Below are positions 17,456-26,352 of a stretch of 64,000 nucleotides of DNA, in pieces; position 1 is the first letter of the stretch; every line of letters begins with the position of its first letter. The stretch is from Verrucomicrobiota bacterium (GTDB lineage: Bacteria > Verrucomicrobiota > Verrucomicrobiia > Limisphaerales > Palsa-1400). The stretch lies in contig JBEKYR010000004.1 of assembly GCA_049510745.1 (NCBI GenBank), forward strand, positions 1 through 64,000. Direction: 5' to 3'. The notes beneath the pieces were generated by a model. The model was not told the DNA's origin and searched no databases. It was given only the letters and a program-made list of their open reading frames with translations. A program made the translations under genes and the position numbers.

Positions 17456-19615
17456 CTATTTTGGTTTGGATGAAAAGGGGCTGGGGGCCAGTTTGAGGCG
17501 CGGGTAGGCGGGCTTGGTTTGGGCGGCGGCGGGATCAAATTCGGGGCGGGCCTCCGCCGCCTGGAGCAATTCAACTTGACTGCGATGCAGGATGGCGTCG
17601 CGACGCGAGCGCGGACAGACGTAAGAGCCGTCGGCTTGCAGAAAGCGCGCCTTGACGTTGTCGCGCAGGAGGGTTTCGAGGACTTCGGCGCGCAGGCGCT
17701 CGCGCAAATTGCCGTCTTCGATGGGGAAAGCGACGTCGATGCGGCGGAAGAAATGGTTGGGAGTCCAATCGGCGCTGCTGAGCCAGAGTTCCGGCTGGCA
17801 GGCGTTTTCGAAATGGAAAATGCGGCTGTGCTCGACAAAGCGGTCCACGATGGCGCGCACGGTGATGTTCTCGCTCAAGCGCGGGACTTGCGGGCGCAGG
17901 CAGCAGACGCCGCGCACGATCAAGTCGATCTTGACGCCCGCCCGCGAGGCGCGGTAGAGGGCGGCGATGATCTGGGGGTCGTCCAGGCAGTTGATCTTGG
18001 CGATGAGGCGGGCGGGCAGGCCCTTTCTGGCATGGCCGGCCTCGCGCTCGATCAAGGCGAGGATGCGGGCGTGCAAATCGAAGGGGGCGACGACCAGCTT
18101 TGTGGCGCCGGGAAACTGGCAGATGCCGGTGAGCAGATTGAACAGATTGGTCGCGTCCTCGCCGAAATCGGGCCGGCAGGTGAGCAGGCCCAGGTCGGTG
18201 TAAAGGTGGGCGGTGGCCGGATTGTAGTTGCCGGTGCTTAAATGGAGGTAGCGGCGGATGGCGTCGTCATCCTTGCGCACGACCAGGCACATCTTGGCGT
18301 GAACCTTGCAGCCGACCAGGCCATAGACGACGTGGACGCCGGCTTCCTCGAGGCGGCGCGCCCAAGCGAGATTGGCGGTTTCATCGGAGCGGCCTTTGAG
18401 TTCGACGACGGCGGTGACTTGTTTGCCGTTGCGCACCGCATCCATCAAGGCGCTGACGATCTGCAAATCCCCGCCGGTGCGGTAAAGGGTTTGTTTGATG
18501 GCGAGCACCTTGGGGTCGGAGGAGGCCTGGCGGAGGAAATCGACCACGCTGCTGAAGTTCTCGAAAGGATGATGCAAGAGGACATCGCCCCGGCGGATGG
18601 CGGCAAAGAGGTCGGTTTCCTCCCGCAAGGCGGGGGCGACGGGCGCGACGAAGGGGGGATCGCGCAGTTCCGGGGAATGGTCGCCCTCGGCCAGGGCGAG
18701 GAGGCGGATGGGGTTGACAGGGCCGTCAATAATAAAGAGGTCGTCCTCGTGGAGGCGGAGGTGTTCGAGGAGGAAGGAGCGGATTTCCAGCGGACAGCCT
18801 TCCTGGACTTCCAGGCGGACGGCGTCGCCCTGGCGGCGCTGGCGCAATTCGATTTCGACGCCTTTGAGCAGGGCGGCGGCTTCCTCCTCGTCGGCGTAGA
18901 GTTCGCCGTTGCGGGTGACGCGGAAATGCCAGCAGCCGAGGAGGGACGAGCCGGGAAACAGGTCGGCAAGGTAATGCCCGATCAAGTCGCCCAGAAAAAC
19001 GTAGTGCCGCTCGCGGGAGTCGAGGCGGGGCAGCTTGACCAGGCGGGGCAGGACGCGGGGCACTTGCACGACGGCCAGGCGGCGGCGGCGCTGGCCCGCC
19101 TCCGTCAGTTCCACGTGGACGATCATGTTCAACGATTTGTCGAGCAGTTTTGGAAAGGGATGAGCCGGGTCCAATCCCAGCGGAGTGAGCACGGGGCGGA
19201 CCTGGCCGCGGTAGAAGTCGTCCACCCAGGCGGCGTCGGTCTTGGAAAGGTCCTTGAAGGACAGAAAAGCGATGTCGTTGCCGGCCAGGGCGGGCCGGAG
19301 TTGCTCGCGCCAGCACTGGTATTGGCGCTGGACCATCTGGCGGAGGCGGCGGTGGACGGCCTGCAAGGTTTCGGTCGCGGTCAAGCCGTCGGGGCCGGCG
19401 GCGGCGCTTTCGATTTGAAGTTTGAGGCCGGCGACGCGGGTTTCAAAAAAATGGTCGAGGTTGGCGCTGAAAACGCAGAAGAATTTGACGCGCTCCAGCA
19501 GCGGGGTGGAGGGGTCCAGGGCCTCGTCGAGGATGCGCTGGTTAAACTCCAGCCAGCTCAACTCGCGGTTGAGCAGGTGTTGAGGCGCCAACTTTTGCGG
19601 TTTGCCCGGCTTCAT
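17456..19615 (-). CDS. ppk1: Polyphosphate kinase 1
   Basis: NRELSWLEFNQRIL, AHPFP, LLHHPFE, IKQTLYR, KVHAK, TGNYN, IVRGVC, EHSRI and SSADW motifs. Confidence 0.95.
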   Translation of the reverse strand: MKPGKPQKLAPQHLLNRELSWLEFNQRILDEALDPSTPLLERVKFFCVFSANLDHFFETRVAGLKLQIESAAAGPDGLTATETLQAVHRRLRQMVQRQYQCWREQLRPALAGNDIAFLSFKDLSKTDAAWVDDFYRGQVRPVLTPLGLDPAHPFPKLLDKSLNMIVHVELTEAGQRRRRLAVVQVPRVLPRLVKLPRLDSRERHYVFLGDLIGHYLADLFPGSSLLGCWHFRVTRNGELYADEEEAAALLKGVEIELRQRRQGDAVRLEVQEGCPLEIRSFLLEHLRLHEDDLFIIDGPVNPIRLLALAEGDHSPELRDPPFVAPVAPALREETDLFAAIRRGDVLLHHPFENFSSVVDFLRQASSDPKVLAIKQTLYRTGGDLQIVSALMDAVRNGKQVTAVVELKGRSDETANLAWARRLEEAGVHVVYGLVGCKVHAKMCLVVRKDDDAIRRYLHLSTGNYNPATAHLYTDLGLLTCRPDFGEDATNLFNLLTGICQFPGATKLVVAPFDLHARILALIEREAGHARKGLPARLIAKINCLDDPQIIAALYRASRAGVKIDLIVRGVCCLRPQVPRLSENITVRAIVDRFVEHSRIFHFENACQPELWLSSADWTPNHFFRRIDVAFPIEDGNLRERLRAEVLETLLRDNVKARFLQADGSYVCPRSRRDAILHRSQVELLQAAEARPEFDPAAAQTKPAYPRLKLAPSPFSSKPK

Positions 19616-19710
19616 GTCCTGGGGCGGTTTAAGGTTTAAAGCGCAAAGTTAAAAGGTTAAAGTGCAAGGGGGATAGCTCTGGAGCCGACTGAAAAGAGCC
19701 GAAAAGGAGG

Positions 19711-21840
19711 TCAATGCTTTTCCAAACCGGGAACGGAAGGCGGGTGCGGCGCGAAATCGTTTTTGTTTTCCGCCCACCATTTTTCGTAGGCAGCCGGGTC
19801 CGGGCCGAGATTCTGCCCTGTAAGATGGCGTAGTCTGGCACGCACGTCCCATCGGACGTATTCGTCGGGGTCCCGCAGCATGGCCACCATCCGGTCAACC
19901 GCCTCTTTATCCCCGACTTTAGTCAGCCGTGCAAGGCCCCACACCCGCGCTATGGGGAGAGAATTAGTTAAAAGCGGCTCGAACTCATTCCGTTCAAGGC
20001 TCTGAGATCGCAATTGGCCAAGGGCGATTCTGAGCACAAAATAGTTCGTCGAGGACAGAATATGAACCAGTTGTTTCCGCGAGAAAGTGTTGGTAGGCAG
20101 CAAGGTGAAGACCAGGTACGCACCCGGACGGTCTTCCTCGACAATCTTCTTGTACACCGGAATTTGCGAGTCATCCGGATGTGCGCGCAAACAGCCTATT
20201 GCGGCTGCGCGGACCTCCTCATCTGAATCATACAACAATTCCGCCACGCGATGGGAAAAGGAGGCGTCCCAATTCCTTGCGGCGGCATAGCAGGCGTTGC
20301 GGCGGACTCCCTCGTCCGTATCCCCCAGCAACCTGGACACGGCCTCTGGGAGCCGGCCATCCTGCATTCTGCCCATAGCCGAGGCAGCGAACTTGCGCTC
20401 GATGGGGTTGGAACTCTTCGAGCTTGCCAATAAGACAGGAATTACGCGCGCACCAAACTGCGGCAAACACGAGGCGGCCGCTTGACCATCGGCTTCGCGA
20501 AGTTTTCCCGCCAATATCGAAACGGCTGGCTCGAATTCAAGATCACGCATCTCTTCCGGCGCGAACACCTCGACCTGTTTGGTCAGCCACCAGGATTTGG
20601 CCGCCAGCCTGGGCATCTCTTTGGAACATGCACGAAGGTCTTTGGGACCAGCCTCCATGCTCTCGACTAAATCGCTTCCTCCGTAATATCCATCCTCAGA
20701 TTCCCCGTGGAGCCCCTTGGAAAGAAAGTCTTTCATGGAATGAAAAACTATCCCTTCGGACCGGCGCCTGATTGCCATGCCAGGTTCGGGGTCGTCCGGA
20801 TCATTATCCCACGGTGTCCATTCTATCGCGCGGCCACCGCCAAACAAGCGGGGGTCGTTCGGGTGCTCCTCACGCCGTTGCCGATATTCCTTGATGTGTT
20901 TATCGAGCAGGTCATCCAATGCCTTCCTATTCGCCTCCTCCTGCTTCTGCCCATCGATTGCTGTCTGTAGCGCTTTCGCCCGCTTTCGGCTTTCAGCGGC
21001 GAGCTTCTTGTCGAGAATTTCGCGACTCGCCAGCGGTTCGGATGACAGCACGTAGAGCGAGACCTCGGAGGACTTGCCGTTGACGGCTGAAATCGCTAAT
21101 GGGAACATGCATTCTTCCGAGGGAAAACTGATGACCAACGGATGCAACTCTCCACCGGCAAGCTTCTTCCGCGTGGACGGAGAAATCGCCTTTCGGTCAG
21201 GCCCCTTTTTTGGTGAACCGTGTTGCAGGAGGAAACCGTTATGGCTGGGGTCGATTTTGGCGGCGACAAAATACCACTGCTTTTTGATATAGCCATCCAG
21301 GACATCCTGTTTTTCCTTTGGAAAAGTGAAGTGATTGGACTCAAGCCATGCGCCAAGACTGGCGCCATTGGTAGCTGAGAGCACCGTCACCTCGTACGCG
21401 CCGACGGTTTTGACCTTGATCACCTTGACCCCCGCATCGGCGCTCATGCCCCGGCTCGTTCCGATGGACATGACCATGCTGTACTTCCCAAAACCGAACC
21501 GCTCCTGCGTCAGCCGGCTCAACTCGTAGAAACAATCCATCGAACCCTTCCGGACTTCGGGCAAGCCGGGCACCGGGATCAACCAGCCGAAGTCTTCGGC
21601 CGGTCCTTCATACTTGACCTGCAAAACCATGTCTTCCCGGCCCTTGTCATGGAGGATAATGGCCTTTTGGGTCGGCTCGTTGATGTCCTTTTCCTTGTTC
21701 CAGCCGAAGACAAAACACCCGTCGGCGTCCGCGTGGCCAGCGGTGAGCAGCCATGCGCCAGCGATGGCCGCAAGATAAACGGCGCGCGACCAGGAAAAGC
21801 CGCCAGAACCTGATCGATGGGCATGCCGGACAATACGCAT
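19711..21840 (-). CDS. DUF2330-domain exported protein with C-terminal HEAT repeats
   Basis: Signal peptide; EPTQKAII, FGWLIPVP, VGAYEVTVL and WYFVAAK motifs; LxDxDxxVR HEAT repeats. Confidence 0.8.
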   Translation of the reverse strand: MRIVRHAHRSGSGGFSWSRAVYLAAIAGAWLLTAGHADADGCFVFGWNKEKDINEPTQKAIILHDKGREDMVLQVKYEGPAEDFGWLIPVPGLPEVRKGSMDCFYELSRLTQERFGFGKYSMVMSIGTSRGMSADAGVKVIKVKTVGAYEVTVLSATNGASLGAWLESNHFTFPKEKQDVLDGYIKKQWYFVAAKIDPSHNGFLLQHGSPKKGPDRKAISPSTRKKLAGGELHPLVISFPSEECMFPLAISAVNGKSSEVSLYVLSSEPLASREILDKKLAAESRKRAKALQTAIDGQKQEEANRKALDDLLDKHIKEYRQRREEHPNDPRLFGGGRAIEWTPWDNDPDDPEPGMAIRRRSEGIVFHSMKDFLSKGLHGESEDGYYGGSDLVESMEAGPKDLRACSKEMPRLAAKSWWLTKQVEVFAPEEMRDLEFEPAVSILAGKLREADGQAAASCLPQFGARVIPVLLASSKSSNPIERKFAASAMGRMQDGRLPEAVSRLLGDTDEGVRRNACYAAARNWDASFSHRVAELLYDSDEEVRAAAIGCLRAHPDDSQIPVYKKIVEEDRPGAYLVFTLLPTNTFSRKQLVHILSSTNYFVLRIALGQLRSQSLERNEFEPLLTNSLPIARVWGLARLTKVGDKEAVDRMVAMLRDPDEYVRWDVRARLRHLTGQNLGPDPAAYEKWWAENKNDFAPHPPSVPGLEKH

Positions 21841-21915
21841 ACGCAGATTCCTTTTGTGTACCGCAAGTTTCTATCAAAAACCGGGCCTTGACTCAACAGG
21901 AATCCGGCTTCTTTA

Positions 21916-22262
21916 GGTTCCTCGACGATTCCAATGGAATGAACAGCGACGTTTGGAGGGTCATGGTTGGTTTTGCCAATCCCAACGGGATTGAATCTTG
22001 CAGCCCAGGGTTGCGAGGCACGAGCTACCCTGGGTAAGATCAGAGAAGAATCACAACCCTGCAAGGGTTGACTCTGTTTCCCAAGCCTTTGATATTCAAC
22101 CCTTTCAGGGTTGTGTCACTCGAATGCAACTACCCAGGGTAGGCCTCTCGGAATCGGCCAACCCTGGGCTGAGTGATTCAATCCCTTCGGGATTGTAGAA
22201 CGGTTATTGGCTGCGATTGGATGAACGCACCATTTCCATTCCACTGAAATCGTCGAGGAACC
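21916..22262. mobile_element. MITE-like element copy 2
   Basis: TIRs GGTTCCTCGACGATTCCAATGGAATG / CATTCCACTGAAATCGTCGAGGAACC; flanked by CTTCTTTA and CTTCTTTT (probable 8-bp target duplication). Confidence 0.82.
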
Positions 22263-22398
22263 CTTCTTTTTCCAGATACTCCAATCCTTAGCGATGTCTT
22301 CATTCTGTTCACCATACGGTGAATCTCGCTGCGGGACGAATTCCACCGGCGGCTGAGACGCCAGCGGCGTGGCACCGCGTTCCTACCGAATAGGGGTT

Positions 22399-22444
22399 CC
22401 GCCGGCGGGACGCCGGCGGGGGCGGTCGGGACGACCGCGCTCCC
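22399..22444 (+). repeat. REP-like double hairpin ending in GCTCCC, divergent copy
   Basis: CCGCCGGCG-GGA-CGCCGGCGG then GCGGTCG-GGA-CGACCGC-GCTCCC. Confidence 0.65.
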
Positions 22445-22526
22445 GGAAAGTCACTCGGAATTCGGGTGTGGCTGGCTTCCATTCTTCGGACTCGACGCGG
22501 GGCGTGGGCGGGACTAAGCTGCGGGA

Positions 22527-22802
22527 ATGTCAAAGGCAAAGGGCACCGAAAATACCCAGGCCGAAACAGCGGACCTGCCATTCGAAGAAGCGATCAAACG
22601 GCTCGAGGCCATCGTGGAGTCGATGGAATCGCAGGAATTGCCGCTGGAAACGCTGCTGGCCCGTTATGAGGAAGGCGCCCGGCTGGCGCAACTCTGCCAG
22701 ACCAAGTTGAGCGAGGCGGAATTGAAAGTGCAGCAATTGGAGAAAAACGCCAAGGGCGAATTAAGCTTGAAACCCGTGAACCCCCCCCAAGAAACCGTAT
22801 GA
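22527..22802 (+). CDS. xseB: Exodeoxyribonuclease VII small subunit
   Basis: FEEAIKRLEAIVESME...LPLE...YEEG...L..AELKV; directly upstream of dxs. Confidence 0.95.
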   Translation: MSKAKGTENTQAETADLPFEEAIKRLEAIVESMESQELPLETLLARYEEGARLAQLCQTKLSEAELKVQQLEKNAKGELSLKPVNPPQETV

Positions 22803-24781
22803 GCCGCTATCTGGATATGGTCGATCATCCGTCCCACGTCAAGAAGCTGACGCTGGAGCAACTGCAACAATTGGCCGGCGAGATCCGAGTCGAATTGATC
22901 ACCAAGCTGGCCAAGAACGGGGGCCACCTCGGCCCCAATCTCGGCGTGGTCGAGTTGACCATCGCGCTCCATTATGTCTTTTCCACGCCGCACGACAAAT
23001 TCGTCTGGGACGTGAGCCACCAAAGCTATGTCCACAAATTGCTCACCGGCCGGAAGGACCGGTTTCACACCATCCGCGCGACCGGCGGCTTGAACGGATT
23101 TTCGTCGCGGACGGAAAGCGAGCATGATTGCTACGGGGCCGGACACGCCGGCACGGCGCTGTCGGCGGCGCTGGGCATGTGCGCGGCACGCGATCAACGG
23201 GGTTCGGACGAGAATGTGGTCTGCATTTTTGGGGACGCGGCACTGACCAACGGCATCTCGTTCGAGGGCCTCAACAACCTGGCCCACACCACGCCGCGCT
23301 TCATCGGGATACTCAACGACAACGAATGGAGCATCGCCAAGAACGTGGGGGCCATCTCGTCCTATCTCAACAAGCTCATCACCAATCCGCGCTACAACCA
23401 ATTGCAGAAGGACCTGGAACGGTGGGTCAAACGCATGCCCAAAGGGAAGCTGGCCGTGCGGCTGGGCCACAAGGCCGAGGAAGCCATCAAAGGGGTTTTT
23501 GCCGAGGTCGCCCTGGAACAGAACCCGGAGAACCGGGAAGCCGACGGGCGGGGCGGGTATGGGAGCAGCCTGATTTTTGAGGAAATGGGCCTGCGCTACT
23601 TGGGGCCGATTGACGGACATGATTTGCCGCTGCTGATCAAGGCGCTGGAGTTTGCCAAAGCGAGCGAATTCCCGGTGGTGCTGCACGTTCTGACCAAGAA
23701 GGGCAAGGGTTACGAGGCGGCCTTGAACCAGCCGGAAAAATTCCACGGCCTTGGCCCCTACGACCCCGTCACCGGCAACACCCCGCCGGTCCAACCCGGC
23801 ACGCCGCCCAATTACCAGGACGTTTTCGGCCAGACCATGGTCAAGCTGTGCCAGAAGGACAATTCGATTGTCGGCATCACCGCCGCGATGCCCACCGGCA
23901 CCGGGCTGAAGGCGTTGGAGAAGGCCATGCCGAAGCGCTGCTTCGATGTCGGCATCGCCGAGGAGCACGCGGTCATTTTCGCCGCGGGCATGGCGACGAT
24001 GGGGTTCCGCCCCGTTTGCGCGATCTACTCGACGTTTTTGCAGCGGGCTTACGATTGCATAGTGCATGACGTGGCCTTGCAGGATTTGCCGGTGATTTTC
24101 TGCATGGACCGCGCCGGACTCTCGGCCAACGACGGGCCGACGCATCACGGGTTGTTCGACATCGCCTATTTGCGGTGCGTGCCCAACCTGATTGCCATGG
24201 CGCCGCGCAACGAGGACGAACTGGCGGACATGATGTTCACGGCCACGCACCAGAAGCATCCGACGTTCATCCGCTATCCGCGCGGGGCCGGGGAAGGGGT
24301 GGCGGTCAAAGAGCAGCCCGCGCTGCTGGAAATCGGCAAGGCGGAGGTGACGCGCAACTTTTCCGGCAAGCCCGGCCGCAAGGTGGCGCTGTTCGGGCTG
24401 GGCAACATGCACCGGGTGGCGGAAGAGGCCGCCGTGCAGTTGACAGCGGAAGGATTTGACTGCGCCGTGATCAACCCGCGTTTCACCAAGCCGCTGGACG
24501 CGGGGACGACGGAGTTTTTCGCCCGCGCCGCGGAAGTGGTGGTGACGCTGGAGGACCACGTATTGGCCGGGGGTTACGGCGCGAGCGTGCTCGAACTGTT
24601 GAGCGAGAAACGCATCGCCACGCCGGTCGCGCGCATCGGCTGGCCCGACCAATTCATCGAGCACGCCACGACCGTCGAGCATCTGCGGGAAAAATACGGA
24701 CTGACCGCCGCCCGCGCGGTGGAGCAGGTCAAGGCCCTGCTGGCGAAGGAAGAACCCGCGCGATTAACGGCGGTGGGGTAA
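22799..24781 (+). CDS. dxs: 1-deoxy-D-xylulose-5-phosphate synthase
   Basis: GGHLGPNLGVVELT, WDVSHQ, GHAGT, GDAA...LNDN, GIAEEHA, IYSTFLQRAYD and DGPTHHG motifs. Confidence 0.97.
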   Translation: MSRYLDMVDHPSHVKKLTLEQLQQLAGEIRVELITKLAKNGGHLGPNLGVVELTIALHYVFSTPHDKFVWDVSHQSYVHKLLTGRKDRFHTIRATGGLNGFSSRTESEHDCYGAGHAGTALSAALGMCAARDQRGSDENVVCIFGDAALTNGISFEGLNNLAHTTPRFIGILNDNEWSIAKNVGAISSYLNKLITNPRYNQLQKDLERWVKRMPKGKLAVRLGHKAEEAIKGVFAEVALEQNPENREADGRGGYGSSLIFEEMGLRYLGPIDGHDLPLLIKALEFAKASEFPVVLHVLTKKGKGYEAALNQPEKFHGLGPYDPVTGNTPPVQPGTPPNYQDVFGQTMVKLCQKDNSIVGITAAMPTGTGLKALEKAMPKRCFDVGIAEEHAVIFAAGMATMGFRPVCAIYSTFLQRAYDCIVHDVALQDLPVIFCMDRAGLSANDGPTHHGLFDIAYLRCVPNLIAMAPRNEDELADMMFTATHQKHPTFIRYPRGAGEGVAVKEQPALLEIGKAEVTRNFSGKPGRKVALFGLGNMHRVAEEAAVQLTAEGFDCAVINPRFTKPLDAGTTEFFARAAEVVVTLEDHVLAGGYGASVLELLSEKRIATPVARIGWPDQFIEHATTVEHLREKYGLTAARAVEQVKALLAKEEPARLTAVG

Positions 24782-24867
24782 GCGGGATCGCCCTCGACGG
24801 CAAATGATGGTTCAGTCTCCGCCATGCGCACGGAAGTGAATTGCGGTTTCGTCGCCACGACAATCTT

Positions 24868-26094
24868 ATGAATGGCGCCAGCATTCCCGCTGTGGGCGAT
24901 ACGGTGCGCCTCAAGATCGACGACATCGCCTTTGGCGGGGAAGGCGTCGGGCGGGTGGAGGAGTTTGTCGTGTTTGTGCCGTTTGTCGCGCCCGGCGAAA
25001 CGGTGGAGGCGGAATTAACCGAGGTCAAGAAACGGTTTGGCCGCGCGCGGTTGCTGAAAATCCTGGAGGCGTCGCCGGAGCGGGTGGCGCCGCCGTGCCG
25101 TTATTTCGGGGATTGCGGCGGCTGTCAATACCAACACCTGGCCTATCCCGCGCAATTGCGGATCAAGCACAAGCAGGTGGGCGATTTGTTCGCGCGGATC
25201 GGCGGGTTGGCGGCGGCGGTGGTCGATCCGGTCATCCCCTGCCCCAGCCCGCTGGGCTACCGCAACCGGCTGATGATTCGCAGCCAGTGGGACAAATTCA
25301 AACAGGGTTTGAACATCGGTTTCATCCGGGCGGACAACCGGCTGGTGGTCGATATCGAGGAATGCAAGATCGCCGAGCCTGCCCTCAACGAGCAAATCCT
25401 CCAGGTCCGCCGGCACCCCCCGCCCAAGGGCGGGCTCAAAGTGGTGCTGCGGGTGGCGCCGGAAGGCTGGGAAGTGCCGCGGGACTCGTTTTTTCAGAAC
25501 AATTTTTTCCTGCTCCCGGCCCTGGTGGAGGCGGTGGGCGGGCGCTTGCGCGAGAGCGGGGCGCGTTTTCTAATTGACGCCTACTGCGGGGTGGGGTTCT
25601 TCAGCGTCGAGCTGGCGGGCCTGGTGGAGGAGTTCGTCGGCGTCGAAGTGGACGTGGCCGCGATCAAAGCCGCGCGGCGAAACGCGGCGGCGCATGGGCG
25701 GAACAACGGCCAGTTCCTGGCGGGACGGACCGAGGAGTTGCTGCCGCGCCTGCTGGGGCGGTTCGACGCCCGCCAGACGGCGGTGATCCTGGACCCGCCG
25801 CGCACCGGTTGCCCGCCGGCGCTGCTGCAAACCCTGCGGAAGTTGCCGCCCCGGCAGGTCATATACGTCTCGTGTCATCCGGCGACCCTGGCGCGGGACT
25901 TGAACGTTTTGTGCGCGGAGAATGTCTTTGAAGTATCGAAAATTGTCCCGTTGGATATGTTTCCGCAAACCCAACACGTGGAATGTGTCGCCGACGCCCG
26001 ATGGAACGCGCCGCCGGTGAGCATCTCACTATTTGGACACTCGTCAACGTTGCGGGAGCGCCAGCCTCAATCGACCGTGGAAAATGACGAATGA
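24868..26094 (+). CDS. rlmD: TRAM-domain RNA m5U methyltransferase (RlmD/TrmA family)
   Basis: N-terminal TRAM, CxxFxxCGGC Fe-S motif, SFFQ, DAYCGVG, LDPPR, YVSC, DMFPQTQHVE. Confidence 0.88.
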   Translation: MNGASIPAVGDTVRLKIDDIAFGGEGVGRVEEFVVFVPFVAPGETVEAELTEVKKRFGRARLLKILEASPERVAPPCRYFGDCGGCQYQHLAYPAQLRIKHKQVGDLFARIGGLAAAVVDPVIPCPSPLGYRNRLMIRSQWDKFKQGLNIGFIRADNRLVVDIEECKIAEPALNEQILQVRRHPPPKGGLKVVLRVAPEGWEVPRDSFFQNNFFLLPALVEAVGGRLRESGARFLIDAYCGVGFFSVELAGLVEEFVGVEVDVAAIKAARRNAAAHGRNNGQFLAGRTEELLPRLLGRFDARQTAVILDPPRTGCPPALLQTLRKLPPRQVIYVSCHPATLARDLNVLCAENVFEVSKIVPLDMFPQTQHVECVADARWNAPPVSISLFGHSSTLRERQPQSTVENDE

Positions 26095-26223
26095 CGAAAT
26101 CCGAATGTCTAAAGAATGCTCAAATGACTCAATGACCAAGATGGACCAACACCGTCGTCCTGGCTTCGTCATTAGGAATTCGTCATTCTTTCGTCATTGG
26201 TGCTTCGTCATTAGTCATTTTCC
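26079..26223. repeat. Imperfect palindrome built of AATGAC(G) / (C)GTCATT heptamer-type repeats
   Basis: GGAAAATGACGAATGACGAA ... TTCGTCATTAGTCATTTTCC (19/20 complementary ends). Confidence 0.8.
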
Positions 26224-26352
26224 CCGCCGGATCGACCCTTGCCCTCCCGCAGCGTTGACTACCGTCCAAAAAGCGAGATGCGCCCGCGCCGCCGGGGTGC
26301 GGCGCATAAGACTTGCCAACAAGCGGTCCGCTCCTCCAAACTGATTACGTCC

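Noticed and set aside
13263..22262. Composite transposon bounded by the two MITE copies
   Set aside because: Copy 2 has its own apparent target duplication, the outer flanks do not match each other, and the interval includes ppk1 and an esterase; independent insertions are simpler.
22664..24682. Long antisense ORFs over dxs and similarly over DUF885, ppk1, glgB, the ClpX-like gene, valS and cimA
   Set aside because: Each mirrors a well-supported gene on the other strand; expected from stop-codon scarcity at high GC.
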